Shown: positions 1 to 13,250 of the stretch, in pieces | Layout: the number at the start of each line of letters is the position of its first letter | How positions within the stretch are numbered: the first letter of the stretch is position 1 | Source: Octopus sinensis | Taxonomy: Eukaryota | Direction of reading: 5' to 3' | Length of the DNA: 64,000 nucleotides | Assembly: GCF_006345805.1 (NCBI RefSeq) | Contig: NC_043003.1 | Span: 65,472,001-65,536,000 of the forward strand | Program-made: the position numbers and the translations under genes | Notes under the pieces: generated by a model | The model's input: only the letters and a program-made list of their open reading frames with translations | Told to the model about the DNA's origin: nothing | The model's database searches: none

Positions 1-19
1 CAATTGTAGTTTATATAGT

Positions 20-155
20 TTACTACATCGGCCCTAAAAAGATAGTAGGCAGAGACAGCGTCCGGGCGGAATTTGAACTCAGAGCGTAAAGAGCCGGGAG
101 AAGTGCCATTCAGCATTTTTTTCGCAGTGCAAACGAGTCTGCCAGCTCGCAGCCT
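20..155 (-). mobile_element. SINE family A (tRNA-type head), partial
   Basis: Reverse complement reads GCGAGCTGGCAGACTCGTTTGCAC...CTGAGTTCAAATTCCGCCC, the same head as copies at 1058, 32411 and 50090. Boundaries approximate. Confidence 0.75.
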
Positions 156-200
156 AAACAACAACAACAGCAACAACAACAGTAATAATAGTAATAATAA
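148..200. repeat. (AAC)n/(AAT)n microsatellite
   Basis: Seen directly. Confidence 0.95.
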
Positions 201-706
201 CTTCACCATTCAAGTTGACAGAAAGGCCAGACATTATATTGAATGTCTTCAGACAAAACTCATGCCTCCTCATTGATATGACTGTCGCAATCGACATAAA
301 TGTATCAGTCAAGACCAACCAAAAACTGAGCAAATATAAATATCTTGAAATAGAAATTGGCAAAATGTGGAACCTGAAGACTAAAACATTACATGTTGTC
401 ATATGTGCCCTAGGAATGATAGCAAAAGGGGATGACTCCTACCTAGCTCAGATACCAGGAAACCCCGAAATAAAAGAAATTCAAAAGATAGTGCTCATAG
501 GAACTGTCAATATCCTACATAAAATACTATCTCTGTAATATCAAATTTTAAAACAAACTCATAATTTTTTAATGTTTTCTTAAACATTCTCTAGAACAGT
601 ATTATGTGCAAAACCAAATATATGACACCCTAGGCATAACACCAGCATGAACTTGTAACTTGTTGTCTCTTGGAGTCATCTTATACAAATAGAAAGCAAA
701 AGTCAA
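201..706 (+). mobile_element. 5'-truncated R4/Dong-type non-LTR retrotransposon: restriction-like endonuclease C-terminus plus 3' UTR
   Basis: FTIQVDRK followed by a frameshift into RPDIILNVFRQNSCLLIDMTVAIDINVSVKTNQKLSKYKYLEIEIGKMWNLKTKTLHVVICALG (ORF 215-538) matches the RPD...LID PD-(D/E)xK endonuclease pattern with the K.SKY..L..E+..MW and V+GALG motifs of R4-clade elements. Flanked on both sides by AAT/AAC repeats. Confidence 0.85.
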
Positions 707-708
707 AC

Positions 709-745
<37 letters not shown>
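707..745. repeat. (AAT)n microsatellite
   Basis: Seen directly; abuts the 3' end of the R4-type fragment. Confidence 0.95.
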
Positions 746-746
<1 letters not shown>

Positions 747-857
747 TGATGAAATGATAGACAATCTCGACTCGAGATTTTATGTGTTGACACCAAACGA
801 ATTCGAAAATTGCCACCATAATATTTTTTTCCCTTCTATCTTCAAATTTTCTTAATA

Positions 858-859
858 AA

Positions 860-898
<39 letters not shown>

Positions 899-899
899 G

Positions 900-958
<59 letters not shown>

Positions 959-959
959 G

Positions 960-1017
<58 letters not shown>

Positions 1018-1056
1018 TGATAATAATGATAACAACAACAATAATAATGACAATAA
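858..1056. repeat. Long interrupted (AAT)n microsatellite
   Basis: About 200 bp of AAT with AACGAT interruptions 60 bp apart. Confidence 0.97.
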
Positions 1057-1057
1057 T

Positions 1058-1275
1058 GCTTTCTACTGGAAGCACAAGGCCTCAAATTTTGGGAGAAGGG
1101 ATTAAGTTGATTACATCGACCCCAATACGTAACTGCTACTAATTTCATCGACCCCCGAAAGCATGAAAGGCAAATTTCACCTCGGCGGAATTCTAACTGA
1201 AAACCTAACAGCAGACAAAATACAACTAAGCATTTCGCCCGGCACGCTCTTTCGCTTCTGCTAGCTCACCGCCTT
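1058..1275 (-). mobile_element. SINE family A, near full length
   Basis: Reverse complement: GGCGGTGAGCTAGCAGAAGCG...GTTAGAATTCCGCCGAGGTGAAATTTGCCTTTCATGCTTTCGGGGGTCGATGAAATTAGTAGCAGTT...GGGGTCGATGTAATC...GAGGCCTTGTGCTTC. Confidence 0.9.
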
Positions 1276-1311
1276 CATAATAATAATAATAATAATAACA
1301 ACAACAACAAC

Positions 1312-1345
<34 letters not shown>

Positions 1346-1347
1346 GT
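1276..1347. repeat. (AAT)n/(AAC)n microsatellite
   Basis: Seen directly. Confidence 0.95.
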
Positions 1348-1379
1348 AAAAACAATACAAAGAACGGCCAACGATAGAC

Positions 1380-1645
1380 AATAAAATAGATTGACTTTCT
1401 TTAGTGAACTGAACAATATTTCGAAATTGAACGTTTAAAGTTCTGACAGTTACCGAAAACGTTGGGAGTCCAGCGAAAATCGTAATATATATTACAGCTT
1501 TTGCTTCCTTTCACGGTTGACTTGTCAGCCTTGTTAGTTTCGCTAGATGCCAGTTTTGAGACCAATCCAGGACCATTGAACTTTGTATCGACGAACTGTC
1601 GAAATATTGTTCAGTTCAATAAACAAAGTCAATCTGTATTTTATT
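1380..1645. mobile_element. MITE-like element with ~45-bp terminal inverted repeats
   Basis: AATAAAATAGATTGACTTTCTTTAGTGAACTGAACAATATTTCGA (1380-1424) is the reverse complement of 1599-1645 with two mismatches and a 2-bp indel. Confidence 0.7.
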
Positions 1646-1717
1646 ACGTATACCACATAACGCTCTTCTTATTGTGTATTTCCCTTCCTGAAGTGTCTAT
1701 GTTAGTCTTCATAGACT

Positions 1718-1813
1718 GATAATAATAATAATAATAATGATGATGATGATGATGATAATAATAATAATAATGATAATAATAATAAAAATAATGATGTTGA
1801 TGATGGTGATAAT

Positions 1814-1873
<60 letters not shown>

Positions 1874-2012
1874 AATAATAATAGTAATAGTAATAGTAAT
1901 AATGGCGATGATGATGATGATGATGATGATGATAATGATATGTGATAATAATAGTTATTATTATTATTGTTGTTATTGCTATCATCCTTATCATCATCAT
2001 CATCATCATTGT
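1718..2012. repeat. Compound trinucleotide microsatellite (AAT/GAT/AAC/AGT/TTA/CAT)
   Basis: Seen directly. Confidence 0.95.
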
Positions 2013-2407
2013 AATTGCTTATAACGCATACATACACTTTCATAGTATTTTTGTAATTCCTAACAATACATGTGGAGATGATATCAGCGATATAGTCTGG
2101 TTGATGTCATTTCGATAATGACAACAGCACGATATGTCGTCAAATGCCATTGTTCAAGCAATTTTTGCGTAAGCGTTGTGTAACTCATATTTCTCCGACT
2201 GCCATATTCATAAATAGCGACATTTAGAATTGACAATAAATAAAAACTTTTAAGAACAGAGTGGATTAGTTTAAAATTATGGTATTCATGAATATAACTG
2301 TCCCGCTGGAATTAGAAAATTAACACAATCTGAACAAAGGTCTAAGAAGCACAAAGTTATATAAGGATAAATCTTGTTTCGAATCTGTACCATTTCTGCT
2401 GTCTGTT

Positions 2408-2568
2408 TCAAAATTTGGCACAAGCCCAGCAATTTCAGGGTAGGGGATAAGTCGATTACGCCGACCACAGTGTTCGACTGATTCTTATTTTATCGTTTCC
2501 GACTCCGAACGTAAAGCCGCTAATCATTTTATCCGGTGCGGTAACGATTCTGCCAGCGCTCCACCTTA
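2408..2568 (-). mobile_element. SINE family A, internally deleted
   Basis: Head (GGTGGAGCGCTGGCAGAATCGTTACCGCACCGGATAAAATGATTAGCGG) and tail (AATCGACTTATCCCCTACCCTGAAATTGCTGGGCTTGTGCCAAATTTTGAAA) on the minus strand; middle missing. Confidence 0.75.
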
Positions 2569-5500
2569 CGCATGCGTGCTTATATTGGCGAATGATATAA
2601 GCAGAACATAGTAAGGTAGAGAAATATTATTAGTAGTTGTTAGCTTCATGTCAGACTGGGTTCAGGACACTTCTGGCCAAAGTCAGTCCAGGTTTGCCTA
2701 TTATATTTTAAGTTAGGTCCATACTATCCAGAGCTTCCTTCTTTCGAAGCAGTAAAATGAAATTAAAAGGATACTTCGCTGTTGTTTTTGGCAGTTCAAG
2801 CTACAGTAGAGGTCCTTATTTCTCCTCCAAAGAGATTTGGCTACTAGTGACCTCTACATGTTCAGTCATTGATATATTGCCACTATTGTTCGGGTAGTTT
2901 AGTCCGTGTCAAGCACTAGCCAAATATATCTATAGTAAGGAGACATTTCTATGTTGCTCATCCCAACATATTCTTTATTTCTCAGATATAATGTTTCTCA
3001 GATCACATCCTCTACAATTTCTTTTCCTAAGGATCTTATTTGAAGGAGATTTGACTGTTATTTCTAGTACATCTAGTAACCGTATAGAGCTTCTACATTA
3101 TCGTTTCTATTTGAGGAGAGTCTCATAGTAGACCATTATTTCTGCTTCTAAATCATTAAAATCTTTCTGAATACTATCTAAAGGGAGGCATTATGTGACT
3201 TACAGTTATAGGAAAATATTTTCAATCATTTTCGTAAGATTTTTACTGAAAATGCACTCTCTGAGTATCGCGTTTGGATTCCTCTCTGTATGTCATCCAC
3301 TTAATTATAGATCGACAAAATATTGGCACTTACTCACTAATTTTTGTTAATAAATAACTATAATGACAAAATCGGAAGGAGATAAACTTCCGAAATTTAA
3401 ATTAAATAAAAATCAATTAAAAATAGAACAGAGTTATACGTGAGTTTGATAATTAGTATCCATATATATTTCAGTGATGTTAGTTCTCAAAAACATCATT
3501 ACAGTTCTTAGGAAATTAGTGAAGTTTACAGAATTTTAATGGACACCAAATAGCTTTATAACTTAAAATAAGCTTTACCTATGGCGATATGGAATCAACT
3601 TATACTTTTATGTTACAGACAGTTATTGAATTTACCTACATAAAAACACAATTTCTTTTTATAAAAGAAATATGAATTTTTTTTTCGTTTTCTTTTGTTT
3701 TTACACTGTGCATGGTTAGTTCTTTAATTCACCAACTTGCATTACTGAAAGAAACAGTTTACTCCGTTGGGATTTGAGCACTTTAGTTTGCGGTATTGAA
3801 TTCCATTCAAGTGAATTCCCAGTCGTTCATTCTGCTGTTTCGGGAACGTCACCGACACGCTACACGTAAACTATGCTTAATAACAATTCCGGATAACATG
3901 GTATTATAACATGATAGTATACGGCTATCACAACCCAGTTGAAACGCCATCGATCATTTATTCAGCTTTATTATGAATTTCGCTAAAAAATTATCAATAC
4001 TAATAAAATTATCAAGAAAACAACAACAACAATACTAAAATTAATGTTAAAAAATTATACCAATAACATTGATATTAATAGTGCCACTACTACTAATGAT
4101 AGTGGTAAAATTTTAATAGATCTTATATTTTTTACAAGGGTAATAATATTAATAATAAAATTATCAATAACAATAATAATTTTGAAATTAAAATTTCTAG
4201 CCAATAGTTTCTTAATTAGAGTTTAATGAGTAATTTATTGCTGACTTCACATTTACTTCTCGTAAAATCGTAATATTTACAACATAAATGTTGTAACTAT
4301 TAGTATTCGTATCGAGGTCTAGTTCACATTTCCATGTATGACACATGGGGTCTTTAGCGCTTTATCCTTTGTACGATAGTGAAACAAAGAATGAAAGAGC
4401 AAGATTCGAAAATAGCATTAATACGAGTTGATAATTAAACACACACTCTCTAACACGCATTTACATACACATACAAGCATGTATACACAATCCTCAGAAA
4501 GAAAAGTTGAAAATAATAACCAATAGCACATTTGTCTTTCGTGCATGCAAATATACATTATTTATCTCATTTCGTCTACTTTTATTAGCTCCAAAATATT
4601 TCCTACTTAGCGGTATGCAAATATTTACATTAAGCAAATTGTATATGAATGTATTATTGTAACATAAATATAGTGGTCACGGAGAAGAACAAAAGTAGCT
4701 ACACACCAACGCCATCACAAAATAAAACGGAACGTTGTAGCGTCTGCAGAAAATTTCAATGCTTTTAGCGGTTCGTACAGGACTTCCTACTGCTGGCGCC
4801 CTAAATATCAAAGCCGAAGTTAGTTAATACCAATGAGTTTTTGATTCTACTAAGGAAATATAATAAAGAGGACTTTGATTAAATCCCTAGGCGGATCTTA
4901 ATATGACTGAAGCCATTCCATTCTGAATTAACGTCACTACCATCCAATTTCATCACATACACATTGATTCTTTATTCTCTTCAAAGCTCTTTATTAGTGA
5001 TGTCAAGCAACGGCTTTTGACTTTGTTCAAACAATCAGAACAAATAGCAAAAAGCTTAGTCTGTTTGACTAGAGCTCTGTAACTAATGGATTATCCCTGT
5101 AACTAGCATATGCATCAGACTGATATCTAAGCCTGATGTTTCTAAACACATCTTACAGAAATAATTTGATATTGCATTTATTATTCAGTTTTCCTTTCTA
5201 TTTCCGATATACACATTTGATCTGCCAATAATTTTTTCTATATTTTTTTTCTCTCGTCACTTTAAAGTGATACAGAGAAAATTCACATATAATAACGATT
5301 TTTCTAGTTTTTCCTATGATATTTTTATTATATATGTTTGTTTCTATCGGTTTCCTATCTTATTCAACAATTTCGTTGGTCATTATTTAGTTATTTAAAG
5401 TTTACTTTATACTTGATAAATATTTACTTAAAAATGAAATACAAGAAAACCACTACAAAGAGTTAGTATAGGAAAAGAAAAAAAAAATACAACATCATGA

Positions 5501-6136
5501 TATCAATAACGAAAGTACTATAAATGCTAGAACTTTCTCAAGTAGAAACATAGAAAAAAATAACGACAAAATATAAATAAAAATACAAACATATAAACAA
5601 ACAGATTGGCTTATCCGATTGATATCCGGTTTTCTAGAATCAAGTAACTATTGATGTTTGGAAATAAGTGTAAGGGTTACTAAATAAACGTAATTTGTCA
5701 TATAGACTTATTTCTGGCCATACATTAATTCCATATTAAAGTTCAAATAAATGCCATTTGGCTAAAACATCGACAAACTTCACCAATTGCTGGAGTGTAT
5801 ATTTTGTGTTCGATTTCCAAACGCATCTCATGAAACGTAACAAGATAAAATAGTTTTTAATCATAAATTTCATCGTTGGTTTCACATAAAATATATGCAA
5901 ATGTAATGATCAGACAACAAAGCCATGATTTATTAGATACAAGAACCAAATACTGCTGAGATAACATTACTATTTTGCACAACCAAGAAATATTGTATAG
6001 CGATGGTTATAGTTATATTACGACTTAAAAAAGATGGGAGTTGATGCAAGATTTGATCATAGATAACACGCTGTTAACAAACACAATAATAATAACGCGA
6101 CTGAAGACTGCATTTATTAAATGTTCATATATGTGC

Positions 6137-6177
<41 letters not shown>

Positions 6178-6224
6178 TGTATACGTGTGTAAATATGTAT
6201 ATGTATGTGTATATACAGCTATAT

Positions 6225-6259
<35 letters not shown>

Positions 6260-6646
6260 TAGATATATATATATACATACATATATACAAAGTCAAATAT
6301 ATGACTATACATATCATTTAGAAGGAAAAAGTTAATACTGAGTTCGAAGTTTCCTCAGACTTTGTTTACTGTTTTTGGGAAAGTTGAGCTTTTATAAAAG
6401 AGAATTATGTGTGGTATAATCAGATCGGAGCAATACTTGTGTAGGACACAAGGGGAAGGTTTTCGAAACGGATAGTAAGAAAGTAAATGTTTGTCAGGTA
6501 GCTGTTGACAGAAAGTTATGGTGAGGAGATATATTTTGCCTCGAAGTGGGAACTGATTTTATGCATGATTTAAAATAAATACGAACAATAACATACAAAC
6601 AGATACACATATATGCATGTATTTATGTGCACAAACATATATCTAT

Positions 6647-6835
6647 ATTCTTTTAATTGTTCCAGTCATTTGGCTGTGACCATGCCCGATCACCGATTTT
6701 AGTCGAACAAATTGAACCCGGGACATATTTTTGTAAGCCTAGCTATTATTCTATCGATCTGATAGGCAGAACCGCCGAGAGATATCAACACACCAGCATC
6801 GGCTGGCAAGCGATGGCGGATGGACAAACAGAGAC
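6647..6835 (-). mobile_element. SINE family B, 3' half
   Basis: Matches the reverse complement of 17690-17885 (CAGTCATTTGGCTGTGACCATG...ACACCAGCATCGG). Confidence 0.85.
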
Positions 6836-6915
6836 ACACACACACATGGATATATACATACACATGCACAGACACACATACACACACATATATATGTGTG
6901 TGTGTTTATATATAT

Positions 6916-6972
<57 letters not shown>

Positions 6973-7374
6973 TATGCTGGTCCCGTCCCTCATTATATTA
7001 AAAAATGCATTTGACCAAATTTTGACATACGACAGTTTAACATAATAACAACGATATATATATATATATATATTATATATATTATATATATATATATAGT
7101 ATATATATATATTGCGTTGCTATTATTTTCAACTGTTTCATGCCTACATATTTATTTCTACTTTTGTTCCAACTATCGTGTCTGGAGCTGCTTTAGATAC
7201 CAAGATATCAAGAATTATCAAAGTGTAGTATAATGATTTTGCCATGGAATGGTGAAGCTATTTTTCGTTTTCAGAAATGCAACGTTTTGTACTTAAGACA
7301 CTTTTGTATTATAGCAACAATATATATACATACATACACACACATACATATATATATATATATATGAATATATA

Positions 7375-7477
7375 ACTAAAGAACCAGTTTTGCACTGGGG
7401 TCGATGTAATTGGCTTAATCTGTTTGTCTGTCCTTGTTTGTCCCCTCTATGTTTAGCCCCTTGTGGGTAGTAAATAA

Positions 7478-7482
<5 letters not shown>
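7375..7482 (+). mobile_element. SINE family A, 3' part
   Basis: GAACCAGTT...CTGGGGTCGATGTAATTGGCTTAATCTGTTTGTCTGTCCTTGTTTGTCCCCTCTATGTTTAGCCCC; same tail variant as the reverse complement of 32411-32500. Confidence 0.75.
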
Positions 7483-7527
<45 letters not shown>

Positions 7528-7601
7528 GCGTATAACTACATTTATCTATCTCTTTTTCTATCTATAATCCTTTCTTCTATCTATCTGAATGTTTATATAT
7601 A

Positions 7602-7667
<66 letters not shown>

Positions 7668-7779
7668 ATGTGTGTGTGTGTGAGTTTCTGAGTGAGTGTA
7701 CATGTGTGTGTAGATGAATTTTAAAATGACCGGAACAGGATGGATAAGAAAAAAATGCTTTCTAAGGCAATGTACTATG

Positions 7780-7914
7780 GGATTCTTTCAGTTCCTATCT
7801 ACTAAATCTAACCACAAGATTTAGATACCCCCGAGGCTACAGTATAAGTCACTTTGCGCAAGGTAGCACGTGGTTGGGAAACTAGCTTCTTTCCTCATAG
7901 CAACGCCTGCGCCT
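7780..7914 (-). mobile_element. SINE family B, 5' half, degenerate and deleted
   Basis: TTCTTTCAGTT...CCCGAGGCTACAGTATAAGTCACTTTGCGCAAGGT...GGTTGGGAAACTAGCTTCTT matches the reverse complement of 17371-17510. Confidence 0.7.
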
Positions 7915-7946
<32 letters not shown>

Positions 7947-7988
7947 ACACATACACACCTAATTATGTATATGTACCTGTCTATCTAT

Positions 7989-8026
<38 letters not shown>

Positions 8027-8676
8027 TATATGTATATATAGACAGATATATATAATTTTTAATTCCACATGAAATGAATTGATAAAAAGTGGAATATATT
8101 CAATACAGGATTGAAATCTAATATCGACATCTCCGCTTCTGACACATTTTTATTTGCTTCCTTTATTGTTTAGTAACAACTTCCAGTTGCAAATTATAAG
8201 AATGTGTTGCTTTCTTTGTTAAAGAATACTATAACGGAACAACTGAGCAATAGACAGTAATTATATATTTTCAAAGAATTGACAATTTTAGTAGTATGTA
8301 AATTAATGTTTTCGAACACAAAAAAAACAAATAAAAATATATAATGAATGAATGAATGAATGATTGAATGAATGAAAAAAAAGCAAACACTATGGAAGGA
8401 AATCGCTCACAACCGATATGTATACATTTTTGTTTCGTTACTGTTGTTGTAAGATGTAAATAATACATCACACATTTAGGAATGAATGGGGTATAGATAG
8501 GTAATACCAAAATTCCATAAAGAATAAGTGTATATATTTATATGTATCTCTGTTCTACATTTGTCCATGCTTTTATTCATGCATATATATGAGTGTGTAT
8601 GTCCTTACACACACACACACACATACACACACATGTATATATGTATATGTATGAATATATCTATATCAATATCTAT

Positions 8677-8682
8677 CTGTGC

Positions 8683-8762
<80 letters not shown>

Positions 8763-8770
8763 CTCTCTCT
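8677..8770. repeat. (ATCT)n microsatellite
   Basis: Seen directly. Confidence 0.97.
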
Positions 8771-8799
8771 ATATATATATATATATTATATATGTGTTT

Positions 8800-9070
8800 G
8801 TGTGTTTGGCTCAGTTGTTAAGGTGTTGCGCTCACGATTGCGCGATCGTGGTTTCGATTCCCAAACTGGTCGTTACGTTGTTTTTTTAACAAAGTGCTTC
8901 ATTTCACGCTGCTCTGCGATGATTTCGTCATCTGACATGTGCCACCGGTTGTACGTGTACAGGTAATGTCGATTTGATAGAGAGAGCGAGTTTATATGTA
9001 CACAAACATTTGATCACTATAAACAAATCATCTGTATGGTTGTTCGGTAAGAAACCATTGAACTCTCATA
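8800..9070 (+). mobile_element. SINE family C (tRNA-derived head)
   Basis: A-box-like TGGCTCAGTTGTTAAGG and B-box-like GGTTTCGATTCCC, then CGTTGTTTTTTTAACAAAGTGCTTCATTTCACGCTGCTC shared with 10561, 28068 and 31722. Confidence 0.75.
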
Positions 9071-9171
9071 TACAAAATTGTCGTGTTGGTAGTGGTATAA
9101 ATCTCCTTTACTGTGGTACGTAACGAATGCACAAACACACACACACACACAAACATATATATATATATATA

Positions 9172-9335
9172 GTTGAAGTTTACAGAAAAACAAAAGACAA
9201 AGATAAGTGTATGAACAACATGCAGGTGTATTAGTTTGATGCTCGGAAAGTGAGAAATTATTTTATGTTTAGAGTCTACGCTCTTCAGCAGAAAGGAATG
9301 AGATAAAACAGAGAGAGACTAGAAATCGTGTGTGT
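9172..9335 (-). mobile_element. Penelope-like terminal remnant with decayed hammerhead-like motif
   Basis: Minus strand reads TTT-CTGCTGA-A-GAG-CGTAGA-CTC-TAAA-CATA-AAA; same layout as the 15.7-kb motif but with the core mutated. Confidence 0.4.
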
Positions 9336-9339
9336 GTGT

Positions 9340-9451
9340 GTATACATACACTGATACACACATGCACACACACACACACACATATATGTATGTATATATT
9401 CATACATACATATATGTAAATATTATATATTATATATATATGCATACATAT

Positions 9452-9490
<39 letters not shown>

Positions 9491-9599
9491 CTACGTATAT
9501 ATATATATACATGCCTACATATATGTAATATATATATATACATACATACATATACGTAATATATATATATACGTATATACATATATATACATACCTACA

Positions 9600-9633
<34 letters not shown>

Positions 9634-9745
9634 CGTATACATATACATACATAAACACACATACACACACATATATATATCTATACATGCATATGTATTT
9701 ATACATACACACATATTTCCTTTGTGCATGTGTGTGTGTGCATGT
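9340..9745. repeat. Compound (CA)n/(TA)n/(TACA)n low-complexity tract
   Basis: Seen directly. Confidence 0.9.
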
Positions 9746-9892
9746 GTGAATTCGTGAGTCATATAATATATACATTTATGCGTATGGCGTGTAGGAATGT
9801 TTTCCGATATATCGATTAGATATGATCCTTCCCTCCTTGCTTGCAACAGGCACACAATCACATTTGTGTCTACGTATATATCTATTTACATG

Positions 9893-10080
9893 TACAAAGC
9901 CAGCAAATTCGGGCGAGCTATAAGACGATTACATCGAACCCAGTGTTCAACTAGTTCCTATTTATCAACCCTGGAAGGATGAAATATATAGGTTACCTCG
10001 GCGGAATTTGAACTCAGAACGTAAAAATGGACGAAAAGCCACAAATCATTTTCCCTGGCATGCTAGAAAATCTACTGACA
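9893..10080 (-). mobile_element. SINE family A, diverged
   Basis: GATTACATCGAACCCAGTGTTCAACTAG...ACCTCGGCGGAATTTGAACTCAGAACGTAAA. Confidence 0.8.
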
Positions 10081-10460
10081 TGACTAAGAAAAAAAAATAT
10101 TTGTGCATAAGATCGAGAAGTTGAATGAAAATGACCTCTTTGTGTGCACAGTTTATGACAGACAATACCTTTCTTTTTGTGTGCGAACCCATGGGAAACG
10201 AACCTCCACCAACTATTCTGCCTATATGTCTGAGCACACTTTTGAATGCAGTGTATGCAAATCTAACCTCAAAAGACATTCTAAGATCCACAAAGATCAG
10301 AACTTATCTGCAACTATTGGTTGTCCAAATCGGATGTGCAATCTATGTGGGTGTATTCTCAGAATATTTTTTTTGGTTAAAAAGTCACATCAGATGTCAT
10401 GGTGATTCTAATGTGTAGGTAGAGTAGGTGGTCAAACTCTGCATAAGGAGTACACAACCA

Positions 10461-10546
<86 letters not shown>

Positions 10547-10560
10547 GTGCATATATAGTG

Positions 10561-10835
10561 AAGGTGCGTGGTTTAGTGGTTAGGGCATTTGGCTCACAAT
10601 CGTAAGGTCGCGGGATCAATATTTGGTGACGCATTGTGTCCTTGAACAAGAAAATTTATTTTATGTTGCTCCAGTTCACTCAGTTGGCAAAAGTGATTAG
10701 TACCTGTATTTCAAAAAAGGGCCAGCCTTGTCACACTCTGTGTCATGCTGAATACCTCTCTGCTAATTATGTTATGGGTACATGTGTCTGTGGAGTGCTC
10801 AGCCACTTGCATCTTAATTTCACGAGTAAGCTGTT
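10561..10835 (+). mobile_element. SINE family C
   Basis: GGTGCGTGGTTTAGTGGTTAGGGCATTTGGCTCACAATCGTAAGGTCGCGGGATCAAT tRNA-like head, then GACGCATTGTGTCCTTGAACAAG...TTGCTCCAGTTCACTCAGTTGGCAAAA. Confidence 0.88.
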
Positions 10836-10877
10836 TATGTGTATATATATATGTGTGTATGTGTGTGTGTGTGTGTA

Positions 10878-11520
10878 GTATATTTATTGTCCTTTGGAGA
10901 GCATACGTTCTTCAGCCGCTTGAAAAATTGCTTCCAAGTATGGTCATCACACAATATGAAATTAACGACGTAACTCGAAGCAGTCCATCGAAGCTACACC
11001 ACGAAAATCATCTCAATGCAATGTAGCGGTTACTGGGAAAGATTGAAAGTGTTAAAACTATTCTCTATAGAAAGAAGGAGAGAAAGGTATGCAGTGATAT
11101 ACATCTGGGAAATCTTGGAAGGCTTTGTACCAAACTTTGGCAGTGAAAGTTTCACAAACAGCAGAACGAGGCGTCACTGAATACTGCCAAAGACCCCAGC
11201 ATCACCATCACCATCACCATCACCATCACCATCACCATCAAAACGCAAGACCATACACGGCAACAGATTGGATTTCAAGGGCCTGTAGCTCTTTAATATC
11301 CTTCCAAAATGCCTGAGAGACTTGCATGATGTGGATGTAGGTGTTTTCAAAACAAAACTGGATCGGCTCCTGTGAAGGGATCCAGATGAGTCTACCTCTT
11401 GAATGGAAACACAGATGTGTGTTCTAGCGTCAAAGTCCCTCATTCACCAAATGCCACATAGCAGAGGAAGTTGCAAACACTGGTGTAGCATGCCCAACCA
11501 TGTTGCCTCAGCATGACCCG
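10878..11520 (+). mobile_element. Decayed CR1-group LINE 3' fragment (RT C-terminus), different family from the 44.7-kb LINE
   Basis: Translation LEAVHRSYTTKIISMQCSGYWERLKVLKLFSIERRRERYAVIYIWEILEGFVPNF...LFNILPKCLRDLHDVDVGVFKTKLDRLL, with stops, matches the CR1-type post-RT motifs (YWERL..L.LYSLERRRERY; FK..LD..L). Confidence 0.85.
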
Positions 11521-12814
11521 AACTTAAAAGTTGAAACAATTTAAAGAATTTAAAGAAAAAAAAATTTCTTCCAAACGTTCACTCGCATATTTATATTTTC
11601 TGTAACATACAGCTATTTCAATACACATGGATATAAGTCGTATTGCTCTATTCCTGAAAAATAGGGAACACAATCTTGTGAATATATAAAACGACACGAA
11701 CATTTCACCTGTATATACAAAAAGCACACACTAACGTACAGGCATGGGTGCACCCTAACATACAAACACATACACACACGCACACTCATACATACTTAAA
11801 CACAAACACACAGACACAGACATACACCAACATATACACATAAATTATGCACAAAAAATCCTTTTTTATGAATATATATTCACATATATCGCATAACCAT
11901 ATATTGAAGTTCATGTGTGTGTATGTAATACATACATACATATATATATACATATACATATACCTTGTTATATATATATATATGCCTCTTATATACTTAT
12001 GCATGTACATATATATATGTGCGTGTGCGTGTATGTGTGTGTGTGTGTGCATATAAAAATACAGGTATAAACATTTAAATATACATACATGTATGTAAAG
12101 GTATATATATTTACATTTAAATATATATCCACACATGCATATACTTGCTCACATTTACTTATACATATACATATTTACATACACATAAGTGTGTATATGT
12201 ATGTGCACACACGCAAACACACGCATAAACACACACACATATATATAAACATATCTACACACACATGCACACATATACACAAGCAAATACAAGCACACAC
12301 ACACACTTTTATGCACGTGCATCGTTATGTTGGCGTCAAGAGCCATTTTGAAATTGACGAGCTGGGATGTTTGTAATAATGGGAGGAGAATATAGAGTGT
12401 AGATCGATGGAATAAGAGAATTTTCAAAAGATATTGTTGAGCAGAAATACATATGAAAAATTTCGTTTGATTTATGACATCACGAATGCATTTGATTTAG
12501 CCAAAAAAATGTCCACCCCACATTTCATTCTGAAAGATGGTGTAAAGTTGTGAAGCTGCTAATCAATAAAGTTTACCGAAAAGAAATAATTATGGAATAT
12601 AGAGCTTTATCGATGGAATAAATTGCAAAAATTTATTTCTGATGTTTGAAAAGATAAAGAAGACTTATGATGCTTACTAAATACAGCGAGATAAATATTT
12701 AAAACAACCATAAAATATTTTTTTTTTCCACATTTCCATCATTTATATGGAGGAAATATATTAAACGTTTTTGGCTTACTTTTGGCAAGGATAGCAGTTA
12801 AGTGTGTGCCTGTA

Positions 12815-12824
12815 TGTGTATAGC

Positions 12825-12857
<33 letters not shown>

Positions 12858-13147
12858 TGTATGTATGTATCTATGTACGTATGTACGTATGTATGTATGT
12901 ATGTATGTACGTATGTATGTATGTATGCATGTATGTATGTATGTATGTATGTATGTATGTATATATATATATATATGTATATATGTATATATAAACATAC
13001 ACACACAAATATACATACACATATATATATATATGTGTGTGTGTATGCATGTTTGTAAGGCACAATGATATACAAGGACATTTTCATATGTATGAATATA
13101 TATATGTATATATATGTATATATATATGCATATATATATGTATATGA

Positions 13148-13182
<35 letters not shown>

Positions 13183-13250
13183 GTGTGTGTGTGTGTATAC
13201 GTGTGCGTATGTGCGTGCGTTTGTATGTACATATACATACATATATATGA
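12815..13250. repeat. (TATG)n/(TA)n/(TG)n compound microsatellite
   Basis: Seen directly. Confidence 0.95.
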
